Virus genome (UHGV): UHGV-0105297
DNA: 44,197 nucleotides
Reading direction: 5' to 3' (one strand)
Origin: a virus
The notes under the pieces were generated by a model. The model made no database searches. It worked only from the letters and a program-made list of their open reading frames with translations, and was not told the origin of the DNA. Shown piece by piece: positions 34,081 to 43,504 of this stretch. Position 1 is the first letter of the stretch. Each line of letters starts with the position of its first letter. The translations under genes were made by a program, and so were the position numbers.

Positions 34081-34605
34081 TTGGCAAAAGCGATTAAAGG
34101 CCGGACGGTGAACCGCAGTGGCCTGGCGGAAGTGTTTGGCGTCGCACCGCCGACTGTTGACCAGTGGCGCAAAGACGGTTGCCCGTTCGTCACCCTCGGC
34201 GGGCGCGGTAAAGAATGGGAGTTCGACACGGCACAGGTTGCCGCCTGGTTGCGTGAACGCGACGTGCGCGCGGCCACCGGCGATGCACTGGCCGATGAAT
34301 CGGAACTGAAGCGCCGCAAGCTGGCAGCCGAAACCGAAAAGGCCGAACTGGAACTGGCCAAATCAAAAGGCGAAGTGGCACCGCTGGAACAGGTTGAACG
34401 AGCGGTGGCGAAAGCATTCGCGGAGGTTCGCGCCGGGATGCGCAACCTTCCGCAGCGCACCGTTTCCATGCTGATTGGCGAAACCGATGAACGCCGGTTC
34501 AAAACGGTGATGATGGGTGAGATTGACGAGGTGCTGAAGTCGCTTAACGCCGTCTCCCTGCTGGATGGCTACGACGAGGGCGGCGACGGTGACAGCGAAG
34601 AATAA
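34081..34605 (+). CDS. Terminase small subunit, lambda Nu1-like (start uncertain: TTG 34081 or GTG 34108)
   Basis: 'VNRSGLAEVFGVAPPTVDQWRKDGCPF...GGRGKEWEFDTAQVAAW' aligns with lambda Nu1 'EVNKKQLADIFGASIRTIQNWQEQGMPV..GGKGNEVLYDSAAVIKW' (winged HTH). Confidence 0.7.
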   Translation: MAKAIKGRTVNRSGLAEVFGVAPPTVDQWRKDGCPFVTLGGRGKEWEFDTAQVAAWLRERDVRAATGDALADESELKRRKLAAETEKAELELAKSKGEVAPLEQVERAVAKAFAEVRAGMRNLPQRTVSMLIGETDERRFKTVMMGEIDEVLKSLNAVSLLDGYDEGGDGDSEE

Positions 34606-36610
34606 CCCTTTTTCCAACCTTGATGGCATCGCCGCAGCGATCCAGCGCGCGCAACAACATTTGTTGCCGCCACCGGACATGAAGCCTTCAGAGTGGGCGC
34701 AGGAACACATCCGCATCCCTGCTGGTAACGCCGTTCCGGGGCCGCTGCGCCTGGATAACGCGCCTTACCAGCGTGAACCAATGGATATGCTGGTAGACCC
34801 GGATTGCTACCGGGTAACGCTGATGTGGGGCGCACAGGTTGGCAAAACGCTGCTGGCACTGTGCGTGCAGGCGTACTGCATCGGGGCGGAACCGTGCAGC
34901 CAGATGATGATGCAGCCGTCACAGGATGACTTGCGCACCTGGCTGGAAACGAAATTCAACCCGCTGGCGGAAGAATGCGAGCCGGTGACCAACGCCATTG
35001 CCAAACCGCGTGGCCGCGACGGCGTGAACAACCAGAAAATGAAGTCATACCCTGGCGGCTTCATGATGTTCGCCTGGTCTGGCTCGCCAAAGACCATGCG
35101 CGGGCGTTCAGCGCCAAAGATTGTTTGCGATGAGGTGGACGGATATGAACGGACGAGCGAAGGCCACCCGGTTGGCCTGCTGTGGCAGCGTTCCGCCACG
35201 TTTGGCGATCAGCGTTTCCTGCTGGAAATCAGCACCCCTACCATCAAGGGTGACAGCTACATTGAAAAGGCGTTCGAGATGGGCGATCAGCGGCATTTTT
35301 ATGTCTGCTGCCCGCACTGTGACGATCATGTTACGCTGGAATGGGAGAACGTGCGCTGGGATGGCCAGCGGGAAACCGACGCGGAAAACCTGGCGGCCAT
35401 CGAAGAACAGAAGCCGGAAACCGCGCACCTGTATTGCCCGTCCTGCGGCGCTGAGTGGAATGACGGCGAGAGGATAGCGGCTATCCGCCAGGCAGAAGCC
35501 AAAGGCGCTGGCTGGAAGGCATCCAGGCCGTTTGACGGTCACGCCAGCTACCACCTGAACGAACTTTACAGCACGTTTCGCAAGGTGCCGGCCATCGTGC
35601 GTGACTACCTGGACAAGCTGAAAACGGACGACCTGCAAACCTTCACCAACGTCAGCCTGGCGCGCACCTGGGAGGAAGAAGGCGACAAGGTTGACCCTGA
35701 CAGCCTGATGGCCCGGCGCGAGGAATACGCCGCAGCGGCACCGGCTGGCGTCCTGTACATCACCGCAGGCATTGACATGCAGATTGACCGCCTGGAATGC
35801 GAGGTGGTTGGCTGGGGCGTAGGTGAGGAATCCTGGTCGCTGGGTTATCACGTCCTGTGGGGCGACCCGCTGACGCCAGATCCGTGGGATGCGCTGGATG
35901 ACCTGCTGGCGGAAACCTACCAGCACGAAACCGGCGCAGTGCTGCCGATCATGGCCGCCTGCCTGGATACCGGCGGCACCAGCGGTTACACGCAGGCCGC
36001 CTACGACTACGCGCGCGGGCGCACCGGTCGCCGTCTGTTCGCCATCAAGGGTGTTGGCGGCTGGGGGCGTCCTATCGTCGAGAAGCCGCAGCGCAAGCAG
36101 TCTGGTAAAGACGCCCGCAAAGTGGATCTGTTTCTGGTTGGCACCGACGAAGCCAAACTGATAAACGCGCGCCGCCTGGCTAAATCGACGCCGGGGCCGG
36201 GGTATTGCCATTTCCCCGCTGACCGCGATGAGGAATGGTTTAAACAGGTCACCGCTGAAAAACTGACGGTGCGTTACGTTAAGGGCCAACCGGTTCGCGA
36301 GTGGAAGAAGCCAGACCGGGCGAGAAATGAGGCCACCGACTGCCGCAACTACGCGCTGGCAGCGCTGAAAATCATGCAGCCATCGTTTAAACGCCTTGCC
36401 GCGAAACTCGGCGTAGCCAACGACAACGCGCCACCGGAGAGGCGCGCCCGCCTGCCAGCCGTTAAGCCGGTGATGCAGCCGCAGGAAAAGCCAAAGGACA
36501 ACCCCCACGAAGAAGAAAGGCAGCCAGTAACGGAGACTAAACCGGCAAAAATCAAACGTTCCGCCAGACTTGGCAAAGGCCGTGGCGGCGGATGGGTGAA
36601 CCGGTGGTAA
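34565..36610 (+). CDS. Terminase large subunit, lambda gpA family
   Basis: 681 aa. Walker A-like 'GAQVGKT'. 'CPHCDDHVTLEW...YCPSCGAEW' zinc-finger-like segment as in gpA 'CPHCGEEQYLKF'. C-terminal nuclease region. Confidence 0.85.
   Translation: MATTRAATVTAKNNPFSNLDGIAAAIQRAQQHLLPPPDMKPSEWAQEHIRIPAGNAVPGPLRLDNAPYQREPMDMLVDPDCYRVTLMWGAQVGKTLLALCVQAYCIGAEPCSQMMMQPSQDDLRTWLETKFNPLAEECEPVTNAIAKPRGRDGVNNQKMKSYPGGFMMFAWSGSPKTMRGRSAPKIVCDEVDGYERTSEGHPVGLLWQRSATFGDQRFLLEISTPTIKGDSYIEKAFEMGDQRHFYVCCPHCDDHVTLEWENVRWDGQRETDAENLAAIEEQKPETAHLYCPSCGAEWNDGERIAAIRQAEAKGAGWKASRPFDGHASYHLNELYSTFRKVPAIVRDYLDKLKTDDLQTFTNVSLARTWEEEGDKVDPDSLMARREEYAAAAPAGVLYITAGIDMQIDRLECEVVGWGVGEESWSLGYHVLWGDPLTPDPWDALDDLLAETYQHETGAVLPIMAACLDTGGTSGYTQAAYDYARGRTGRRLFAIKGVGGWGRPIVEKPQRKQSGKDARKVDLFLVGTDEAKLINARRLAKSTPGPGYCHFPADRDEEWFKQVTAEKLTVRYVKGQPVREWKKPDRARNEATDCRNYALAALKIMQPSFKRLAAKLGVANDNAPPERRARLPAVKPVMQPQEKPKDNPHEEERQPVTETKPAKIKRSARLGKGRGGGWVNRW
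36497..36513 (+). promoter_or_regulatory. Late motif GACAACCCCCACGAAGA (copy 3), inside the terminase-large 3' end, ~100 nt upstream of the next head gene
   Basis: Perfect 17-mer. Confidence 0.45.
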
Positions 36611-36616
36611 ATCATA

Positions 36617-37156
36617 GTGACATGTTCGACGTTTCCGAAACAGATTACAGCCGGGCTGACCTTTGAAACCCGGCTGACAAGCAAAAAATATCCGCCTGCG
36701 CTGTGGTCAGCAGAACTGCTGATGCGCGGGCCGATTGCCATTAACCTGGCCGCCACGATTGACGGTGATGAATTCGTGTTCAGCGCCGACGCCAGCACAA
36801 CGGCGACGTGGGCCGCTGGCGATTACTGGTATTCTGTGCGCGTCACCAGCGGTTCAGCGGTTCAGGAACTGGAAAGCGGCCAGTTGACCGTATTACCGGA
36901 CATGGCCAGCGCCAGTTCGGGTTATGACGGCAGAACGCAGGCAGAAATTGCCCTGGCAGCCATTGAAGCTGTTCTGGCCAACCGCGCGACCAAAGACCAG
37001 GACCGCTACCGCATCAACAACAGGGAATTGTACCGCACATCCATTTCAGACCTGCTGAAACTGCGTGATTTTTACCGTGATCTGGTGAACCGCGAACGCG
37101 CAGCGAAGTGCGGAAGCAATCCATTTGGGCGCAAACTGCGCGTGGTGCTTAAATAA
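36617..37156 (+). CDS. Hypothetical head-region protein (179 aa) between terminase and portal
   Basis: Position only. No domain recognised. Confidence 0.35.
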   Translation: MTCSTFPKQITAGLTFETRLTSKKYPPALWSAELLMRGPIAINLAATIDGDEFVFSADASTTATWAAGDYWYSVRVTSGSAVQELESGQLTVLPDMASASSGYDGRTQAEIALAAIEAVLANRATKDQDRYRINNRELYRTSISDLLKLRDFYRDLVNRERAAKCGSNPFGRKLRVVLK

Positions 37157-38727
37157 TGGGATTATTTGACAGATTCAGGCGCAGTAAACCTGCGCCGCAG
37201 CCGGTTGAACAGCCGGTTGAACAGCCGAAAAAACGCGGTTTTGCGCCCAATAAGGTGGCGCAGCGCATGTTTGACGGCGCGCGCGTTGACCGACTTGGAA
37301 CCGCCTGGCCGACGCAGCCGCAAACGGCTGATGACATTATCAAGAAAAATCAGCGTGTTTTGGTGGCCCGTTCGCGTGAACAGGCCGCAAATAACGACTA
37401 CGCCCGCGAATTTCTTCGCCTGTGCCGCACAAACATTGTTGGCCCGCGCGGGATCATCTTGCAGGCCAAAAGCATGGGCAGCAATGGCACGCTGGATACC
37501 CCGGCGAACGAAGCCATTGAACTGGCGTTTGACGCCTGGGGTAAGAAACAAAACTGCGACGTGACCGGGAAACGGTCATGGCGTGAAATACAGTTATCCT
37601 GCATCAACAGCGCCGCCAAAGACGGTGAATTCATGGTGCGAATGGTGTTTGGCGCAGATGCCGGGCCGTGGGGTTTCTCGTTGCAGGTGCTGGATCCGCA
37701 GCGCTGCCCGGTGGACATGGTTGAAGATCGGCTGACGAATGGAAATTTCATCCGCTTCGGCATCGAGTTTAACCGCTACGGGCGGCCAGTGGCGTATTAC
37801 TTCCAGACCACCGATGATTCCGATGATAACTACATTTGGGCGGGGAAAGATTTCATTCGTATCCCGGCTGAAGAAATCATTCACGGTTTCGTTGAAGATA
37901 TCGTGGGCCAGAAACGCGGCCTGCCGTGGATGGCTACCGGCCTGTTTCGTCTGCGCCACCTGGGCGGCATGGAAGATGCCGCGCTGGTCAACGCCCGCGT
38001 GGGTGCCAACAAGATGGGTTTCATCAAGTGGGCAGATGGAAAAGGGCCGGAATGGGATGACCCGGAAAACTACTACGTTGAAAGCGAGCCTGGCGAATTC
38101 GAAATTCTGCCTGATGGCGCTGAATTACAGGAGTGGAACCCGCAATACCCTAACGGCGAATTTGCCATTTTCAGCAAACAGATGCTGCGCGGGATCTCCG
38201 CTGGTTTCGGCGTTGCGTATAACAATCTGGCCAACGACCTGGAAGGCGTGAACTATTCCAGCATTCGACAGGGAACGCTAAACGAGCGCGAGAACTGGAA
38301 GGAATTGCAGGAATGGCTGATTGAATCGCTGCACCAGTCCGTTTTTGATGCGTGGCTGCCGCGTGCGCTGCTGTCTGGCCGGATCACCGTCAAAGGCCGC
38401 AGCCTGAAGCCTGAACGCATCGACCGTTACAGCATGATTGAATGGCAGCCGCGCCGGTGGTCATGGGTTGACCCGCAGGCAGACGTAAAAGCCGCCGAAA
38501 CCATGAAAAACAACATGCTGCAATCGCCTGGCCGCATCATCCGCGAAATGGGTTACGACCCCGATGCAGTATGGCGCGAGTCAGCCAGCGACGTGCGCCG
38601 CATGATTGACAACTACGTTGCGCAGGGCATCAGCCAGGAAATGGCTGAAAAATTGGTGCTGCACAGCATGGGGCAGGACAAACAATTGTTGCAGGGGCAA
38701 ACCGATGAAACAAAACCGGCTGAGTAG
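37156..38727 (+). CDS. Portal protein
   Basis: 523 aa, immediately downstream of the terminase module and upstream of the protease/capsid gene. Confidence 0.7.
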   Translation: MGLFDRFRRSKPAPQPVEQPVEQPKKRGFAPNKVAQRMFDGARVDRLGTAWPTQPQTADDIIKKNQRVLVARSREQAANNDYAREFLRLCRTNIVGPRGIILQAKSMGSNGTLDTPANEAIELAFDAWGKKQNCDVTGKRSWREIQLSCINSAAKDGEFMVRMVFGADAGPWGFSLQVLDPQRCPVDMVEDRLTNGNFIRFGIEFNRYGRPVAYYFQTTDDSDDNYIWAGKDFIRIPAEEIIHGFVEDIVGQKRGLPWMATGLFRLRHLGGMEDAALVNARVGANKMGFIKWADGKGPEWDDPENYYVESEPGEFEILPDGAELQEWNPQYPNGEFAIFSKQMLRGISAGFGVAYNNLANDLEGVNYSSIRQGTLNERENWKELQEWLIESLHQSVFDAWLPRALLSGRITVKGRSLKPERIDRYSMIEWQPRRWSWVDPQADVKAAETMKNNMLQSPGRIIREMGYDPDAVWRESASDVRRMIDNYVAQGISQEMAEKLVLHSMGQDKQLLQGQTDETKPAE

Positions 38728-40729
38728 CATTATCGGCACCTATTACACCCGCGAAGCTGGCAGTAAACCGCTGCCGGATTTCAACAAAGGCGGCCTGGTG
38801 CGCACTATGGAGGTGCGCAGCTACGACCAGGAAAACCGCACCGTTGAACTGGCGTTTTCCTCTGAAATCGAGGTGGAACGCTGGTATGGCGTGGAAATTT
38901 TGGACCATTCACCGGCAAGTGTTCGCCTTGACCGTCTGCGTGACGGCGGGGCGCTGCTGGTAGACCATGACTGGAGCGATCAGGTTGGCGTTGTAGAGTC
39001 TGTCAGTATCGACGCAGACCGCCGGGGGCGGGCTGTGGTGCGTTTCGGTCGAAGCGCGCGCGCTGATGAGATTTTCAACGACATCGTTGACGGTATCCGC
39101 AAGCATGTTTCTGTTGGCTACCGCGTGTTAGCGGCACAGCTACAGGAAGTGCGTGACGAATATACGGACGTTTACCGGATCACCGATTGGGAACCTTATG
39201 AAATCTCCATTGTGAGCGTTCCCGCTGACACCACCGTGGGCATTGGCCGACAGGCTGACAACCCCCACGAAGAACAGCGCGCAGAGAAACCCAATACTGC
39301 GCAAAGTACAAAACCCGTTTCTGAGGATTCAAGAATGGAAAAAATCTTGCGCGATGCATCCGGCAACCTGGTGCGCGCATTGGTAGACGAGAATGGCAAC
39401 ATCACGCAGGTTCTGGAAATGCTGGAACGTGCTGGCGATGATGCCCGTAGCGCTGAACAGCGTGGCCGCAAGGCAGAACAGGACCGCGTGCGTTCCATCA
39501 CCGAAATGGGTGATAAGTACAACGCGCGTGACCTGGCGCTGAAAGCTGTTGCCGAAGGCACCACCGCTGAAGCATTCCAGCGTTCGCTGCTGGACCACCT
39601 GAACAAGCCGAAAGACCCGGCGCAGCCGTCTGATGGCACCCGTTCCGGTGCAAAACCGCTGTCTGAAATGCCGTCTGCCGCTATCGGCATGGATGAAAAA
39701 GACATCCGCCGCTATTCGGTGTTCAACGTCATTCGCGCCCTGGCGAACCCGAACGACGCAGCCGCACAACGTGCCGCAGCGTTCGAAATCGAGTGCAGCC
39801 ACGCCGCACAACAGCAATATGGCCGCAGCGCAAAAGGCATCCTGATCCCGGATGACGTACTTCGTGCGTTCAACGCCGGTGGTGCACCGAACACCCCGAC
39901 AGGCGCGCAGACCGGTTCCAACCTGGTTGGCACCGATTTTATGGCCGGTTCTTTCATCGACCTGCTGCGCCCGCGTACCACCATCATGCGCCTGGCTCGC
40001 ACTATGGGCGGTCTGGTTGGTAACGTCGAAATCCCGAAACAGACCGGCGGCGCAACCGCTTACTGGATCGGTGAAGGCGACGACGCCAACGAAACCACGC
40101 CGACCATCGGCCAGCTTGGTTTAAGCCCGAAAACCGTGGCAGCGTACACCGATATCACCCGCCGTCTGCTGATGCAGTCCACCCCTGACGCTGAAGCCAT
40201 CGTGCGCGGTGACCTGGTGGCAGCAATTGCGCAGGCGATTGATTACGCTGGCTACTACGGCACCGGGACCAGCAACCAGCCGCTGGGGCTGTCCAACTAC
40301 ACCGGCATTAACGCGGTTGACTTCGCAGCAGCGAACCCGACCTATGCGGAACTGGTGCAGATGGAAACCGAAATCGCGGCTGATAACGCTGACGTGAACA
40401 GCATGGCATACGTGCTGAACGCCCGTGGCCGTGGCGCTGCCAAAACCACGCCTAAATTCGCCAGCGGCACTTCGGTTGCTGATGCTGGCGTGATTTGGGA
40501 GCCGGGCAACACCATCAACGGCTACCGCGCTGAAGTCACCAACCAGGTTGATGACGGTGATGTGTTCTTTGGTAACTTCGCCGATCTGGTTGTGGGCATG
40601 TGGGGTGGTCTGGATATGACGGTTGACCCGTACAGCCTGAGCAAATCCGGCGGTCTGCGTATCGTGGTGTTCCAGGACGTAGATTTTGCTGTGCGCCGCG
40701 TGGAATCTTTCTGCATCGGTCGCAACTAA
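38705..40729 (+). CDS. Prohead protease (HK97/S78 family) fused in frame to major capsid protein with delta (scaffold-like) domain; internal in-frame restart at 39336
   Basis: The N-terminal third has a prohead-protease signature ('WEPYEISIVSVPAD'). The 39336 start has RBS GAGGA and a coiled-coil 'MEKILRDASGNLVRAL...' delta domain. The C-terminal part is HK97-fold MCP-like. No stop separates the parts. Confidence 0.6.
   Translation: MKQNRLSSIIGTYYTREAGSKPLPDFNKGGLVRTMEVRSYDQENRTVELAFSSEIEVERWYGVEILDHSPASVRLDRLRDGGALLVDHDWSDQVGVVESVSIDADRRGRAVVRFGRSARADEIFNDIVDGIRKHVSVGYRVLAAQLQEVRDEYTDVYRITDWEPYEISIVSVPADTTVGIGRQADNPHEEQRAEKPNTAQSTKPVSEDSRMEKILRDASGNLVRALVDENGNITQVLEMLERAGDDARSAEQRGRKAEQDRVRSITEMGDKYNARDLALKAVAEGTTAEAFQRSLLDHLNKPKDPAQPSDGTRSGAKPLSEMPSAAIGMDEKDIRRYSVFNVIRALANPNDAAAQRAAAFEIECSHAAQQQYGRSAKGILIPDDVLRAFNAGGAPNTPTGAQTGSNLVGTDFMAGSFIDLLRPRTTIMRLARTMGGLVGNVEIPKQTGGATAYWIGEGDDANETTPTIGQLGLSPKTVAAYTDITRRLLMQSTPDAEAIVRGDLVAAIAQAIDYAGYYGTGTSNQPLGLSNYTGINAVDFAAANPTYAELVQMETEIAADNADVNSMAYVLNARGRGAAKTTPKFASGTSVADAGVIWEPGNTINGYRAEVTNQVDDGDVFFGNFADLVVGMWGGLDMTVDPYSLSKSGGLRIVVFQDVDFAVRRVESFCIGRN
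39255..39273 (+). promoter_or_regulatory. Late motif CTGACAACCCCCACGAAGA (copy 4), inside the protease domain, 62 nt upstream of the internal capsid/delta-domain start at 39336
   Basis: Perfect 19-mer. Confidence 0.45.
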
Positions 40730-40777
40730 CAATCATTGTGGCCGCTTCGGCGGCCATATTTGCATTGAGGAAAAGCA

Positions 40778-41077
40778 ATGAAATCTGTTTTGATTAAACT
40801 CACGTCAGCCATTGCCATCGCCGGTGCCATTGCCAAAGCGGGCGAAGTGGTTGAGGTGACCGAACTGGAAGCCAAAAACCTGCTGGCGCGCGGGAAAGGC
40901 GTTCTGAACGATGAACAACCGGTGCAAGATGATGACCTGGCCATTGAAAAAATGACCAAAGATCAGCTGGTGGACATCGCTGACCAAATGGAAATCGAAG
41001 GCGCGGCGAAGATGACCAAAGCGCAGTTGATTGAAGCAATCACCGCCGCAGGCGAAACCAAAGAGGACGCAGAATAA
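40778..41077 (+). CDS. Small head-associated protein with tandem Rho-N/SAP-like motifs
   Basis: 99 aa. Duplicated 'MTKDQLVDIADQMEIEG' / 'MTKAQLIEAITAAGE' helix-extension-helix motifs. Confidence 0.4.
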   Translation: MKSVLIKLTSAIAIAGAIAKAGEVVEVTELEAKNLLARGKGVLNDEQPVQDDDLAIEKMTKDQLVDIADQMEIEGAAKMTKAQLIEAITAAGETKEDAE

Positions 41078-41439
41078 TGATCCGTCATGGCACATCCGTG
41101 AAAGTGCTGGCAGCACCGGCAACCGTAACCGCTAACGGTAACGGCACCGCTGTTGATGTCAGCAAATATGAAAGCCTGGTGCTGCTGCACGCCGTTGCCG
41201 CAATCACCGCAGGTGAAAACACCATCAAACTGCAACACAGCGACGATGGTTCAACCGGCTGGACTGATGTTCCGAACGCAGCATTTCCGCAACTGACTGC
41301 GACCACGAAAGAAGCGTCACTGCTGTTCAACTCTGACCGCTTCAAAAAGTTTGTGCGCGTGGTTGATACGGTGAGCGGCACCACCCCGTCTGGTGTGCGT
41401 TCCGTTGTCCTGGTTGGCGTAACGAAAGAGTCGCAGTAA
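41077..41439 (+). CDS. Hypothetical structural protein (120 aa)
   Basis: ATGA-coupled ORF in the head-completion region. Confidence 0.4.
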   Translation: MIRHGTSVKVLAAPATVTANGNGTAVDVSKYESLVLLHAVAAITAGENTIKLQHSDDGSTGWTDVPNAAFPQLTATTKEASLLFNSDRFKKFVRVVDTVSGTTPSGVRSVVLVGVTKESQ

Positions 41440-41771
41440 TGCCAGCGCCGTCCTGGGAAAACCTGGACGACTTTTTTGACTTTGACACCAACGGCGGGTT
41501 TTCATTCCCCGCCGTTTTGCAATCTCAAAAAGGCTGGACCAGGACAATTAACGCCATCTTTGATGACCCGTATTTCAACGCGCAGATTGGCGAATATGAA
41601 GCAGACACCAGCAGCCCGCGCCTGACGGCGAAGGAATCAGACCTGTTTGGCCTGCTGCGTGGTGATGTGATCACCATCGCCGGTGAGACGTTCGACGTAC
41701 TGGATTCACCCGAACAAGATGGCACCGGAACCGCTGTGATAAGGCTGGCGCGACAGGATGCTAAACTTTGA
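41439..41771 (+). CDS. Head-tail joining / head completion protein (putative)
   Basis: 110 aa. Position between the capsid and tail completion genes. Confidence 0.35.
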   Translation: MPAPSWENLDDFFDFDTNGGFSFPAVLQSQKGWTRTINAIFDDPYFNAQIGEYEADTSSPRLTAKESDLFGLLRGDVITIAGETFDVLDSPEQDGTGTAVIRLARQDAKL

Positions 41772-42306
41772 TATTGAGTGGAGCGAATTACAGGCCGTAG
41801 CTGGTGAACTTCAGGCCAGCGAAAAGCAGTTTAAGGCCGCATTGAGCCGGGCGTGTAACCGCACGGCTGCCACCCTGCGCCGGATGTCAGCCAGGGGGCT
41901 GAAGGATGAACTGCAATTGCGTACCCTGTCAGTGCTGCGCAAGCGCCTGAAATCCATCAAGCTGAAGGCCAAAAGCAAAACCGGCCTGGTGCTCTGGTAC
42001 GGGCTTAATGACCTTCCTGTGAGCAGTTTTAAAGGCCGTGTGCGCCAGACGAAGGAAGGCGCTGACTTCCGTGGCCATCAGTTTAAAGGCGCGTTTGTGG
42101 CCAAAAGCGGCATTAAAGGCAAACGTACAGTGTTTAAACGCAGTGGAAGTGGCCGCCTGCCAATCGCTGAACAACTGATGCCGATCAAGGATAAAGCTGA
42201 CGTGTTCATTGAGGATGAAATTTTTGTGCAGGTTGAGGAAATTTTCTGGAACAACTTTCGCCGTGACCTGGCCGCGCGCGTCAAATACAACATTGGTGGC
42301 AAGTAA
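41758..42306 (+). CDS. Virion morphogenesis / tail completion protein (gpS-like, putative)
   Basis: 182 aa, basic. Position before the baseplate genes. Confidence 0.35.
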   Translation: MLNFDIEWSELQAVAGELQASEKQFKAALSRACNRTAATLRRMSARGLKDELQLRTLSVLRKRLKSIKLKAKSKTGLVLWYGLNDLPVSSFKGRVRQTKEGADFRGHQFKGAFVAKSGIKGKRTVFKRSGSGRLPIAEQLMPIKDKADVFIEDEIFVQVEEIFWNNFRRDLAARVKYNIGGK

Positions 42307-42872
42307 TGAACGCGAATACCGACATTGATTTAGGCGTGCTGCATGACGCCATCACCGCCGACATCAAAGCGGCGTTCCCTTCCCTGGTAACCGTGGAGTT
42401 CTACCAGGATGAACCTGAAATGCGCAAAAATCTGCCTATCCCGGCTTGCCTGCTGACGCTTTCAGAAATGGAGGTTGACCAGGAGATCGACCCCGGCACC
42501 GAACAACTGGCGGTTAATGCGACGTTTGAGGCGTATTTTCTGATTAACAGCCTGCGCACCCCGCGCGCAAAGCTGGCCATCCGGCAGAACATCGCAGCGT
42601 TCATGGCCTGGCTACGCCTGCGCCGCTGGACCAACCCGGATGACCCAAGCAAGAAACTGCCAACCGGCCCGGCTTACGTCATGGGCGGATACCCTGACGA
42701 CTTTCAGCCGGAAATTGACAAATACGAGGTGTGGCGCGTCGAGTGGCAGCAGGTCATCCACCTGGGGAACACTATCTGGACCGATGAAGGCACGACGCCA
42801 GGCAACCCGGTTTATAGCTGGTCACCTGACATCGGTTTTGGCCATGAAGAAGATTATAAGCCGATACTATGA
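42306..42872 (+). CDS. Tail completion / baseplate-associated protein (putative)
   Basis: 188 aa. ATGA-coupled to neighbours. Confidence 0.35.
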   Translation: MNANTDIDLGVLHDAITADIKAAFPSLVTVEFYQDEPEMRKNLPIPACLLTLSEMEVDQEIDPGTEQLAVNATFEAYFLINSLRTPRAKLAIRQNIAAFMAWLRLRRWTNPDDPSKKLPTGPAYVMGGYPDDFQPEIDKYEVWRVEWQQVIHLGNTIWTDEGTTPGNPVYSWSPDIGFGHEEDYKPIL

Positions 42873-43504
42873 ACAATTACGATCTGACAGAAATGAACCG
42901 CGCGCTGTCAAACATGATTCGCGTGGGTAACATCAGGGCGGTTGATGTCGCCAATGCGCGCGTGCGTGTGGCGTTTGGCGGCTGCGTCAGTGACTGGCTG
43001 CCGTGGGGAGCGTCACGCGCTGGAAACCGCCGGGACTGGACAGCGCCTAACGTTGGCGAACAGGTCATGGTGTTCTGTCCGTTTGGCGATCCGACGCAGG
43101 CGGTGGTTGGGCCGTCCATTTTTCAGGATGACTTCAGCGCACCGGCAACCAGCGCAGACCAGGACACGACAGTTTACCCGGATGGCACAACAGTTGACTA
43201 CAACAGCGCAACGAACACGCTGACGGTCACCGTTGCTGGTTCAGGTAATGTGGTCATCAACTGCAAAGTGGCTACCGTGAAGGCTGACACCAGCGTGACA
43301 ATCGACACGCCGGAAACCACCTGCACTGGCAACCTGACCGTGAATAAGAGTTTCACGATGGGCCAGGAAGGCGGCATCGCCACCATGAAAGGCAACGTGG
43401 CCATTGAAGGCGGAAGCCTTACCCACAACGGCAAAAACGTTGGCAGCACGCATACGCATGGCGGCGTACAGTCTGGCGGAAGCAACACCGCCGCACCGAA
43501 CTAA
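42869..43504 (+). CDS. Baseplate assembly protein V (central spike)
   Basis: 211 aa. OB-fold N-terminus 'RVGNIRAVDVANARVRVAFGG..SDWLPW' then a beta-helical Thr/Val-rich repeat region, characteristic of gpV. Followed by W and J. Confidence 0.8.
   Translation: MNNYDLTEMNRALSNMIRVGNIRAVDVANARVRVAFGGCVSDWLPWGASRAGNRRDWTAPNVGEQVMVFCPFGDPTQAVVGPSIFQDDFSAPATSADQDTTVYPDGTTVDYNSATNTLTVTVAGSGNVVINCKVATVKADTSVTIDTPETTCTGNLTVNKSFTMGQEGGIATMKGNVAIEGGSLTHNGKNVGSTHTHGGVQSGGSNTAAPN

Noticed and set aside
35108-36508. 466-aa minus-strand ORF
   Set aside because: Entirely antisense to the well-supported terminase large-subunit gene. Arg/Ala/Gly-rich translation typical of a GC-rich antisense frame.
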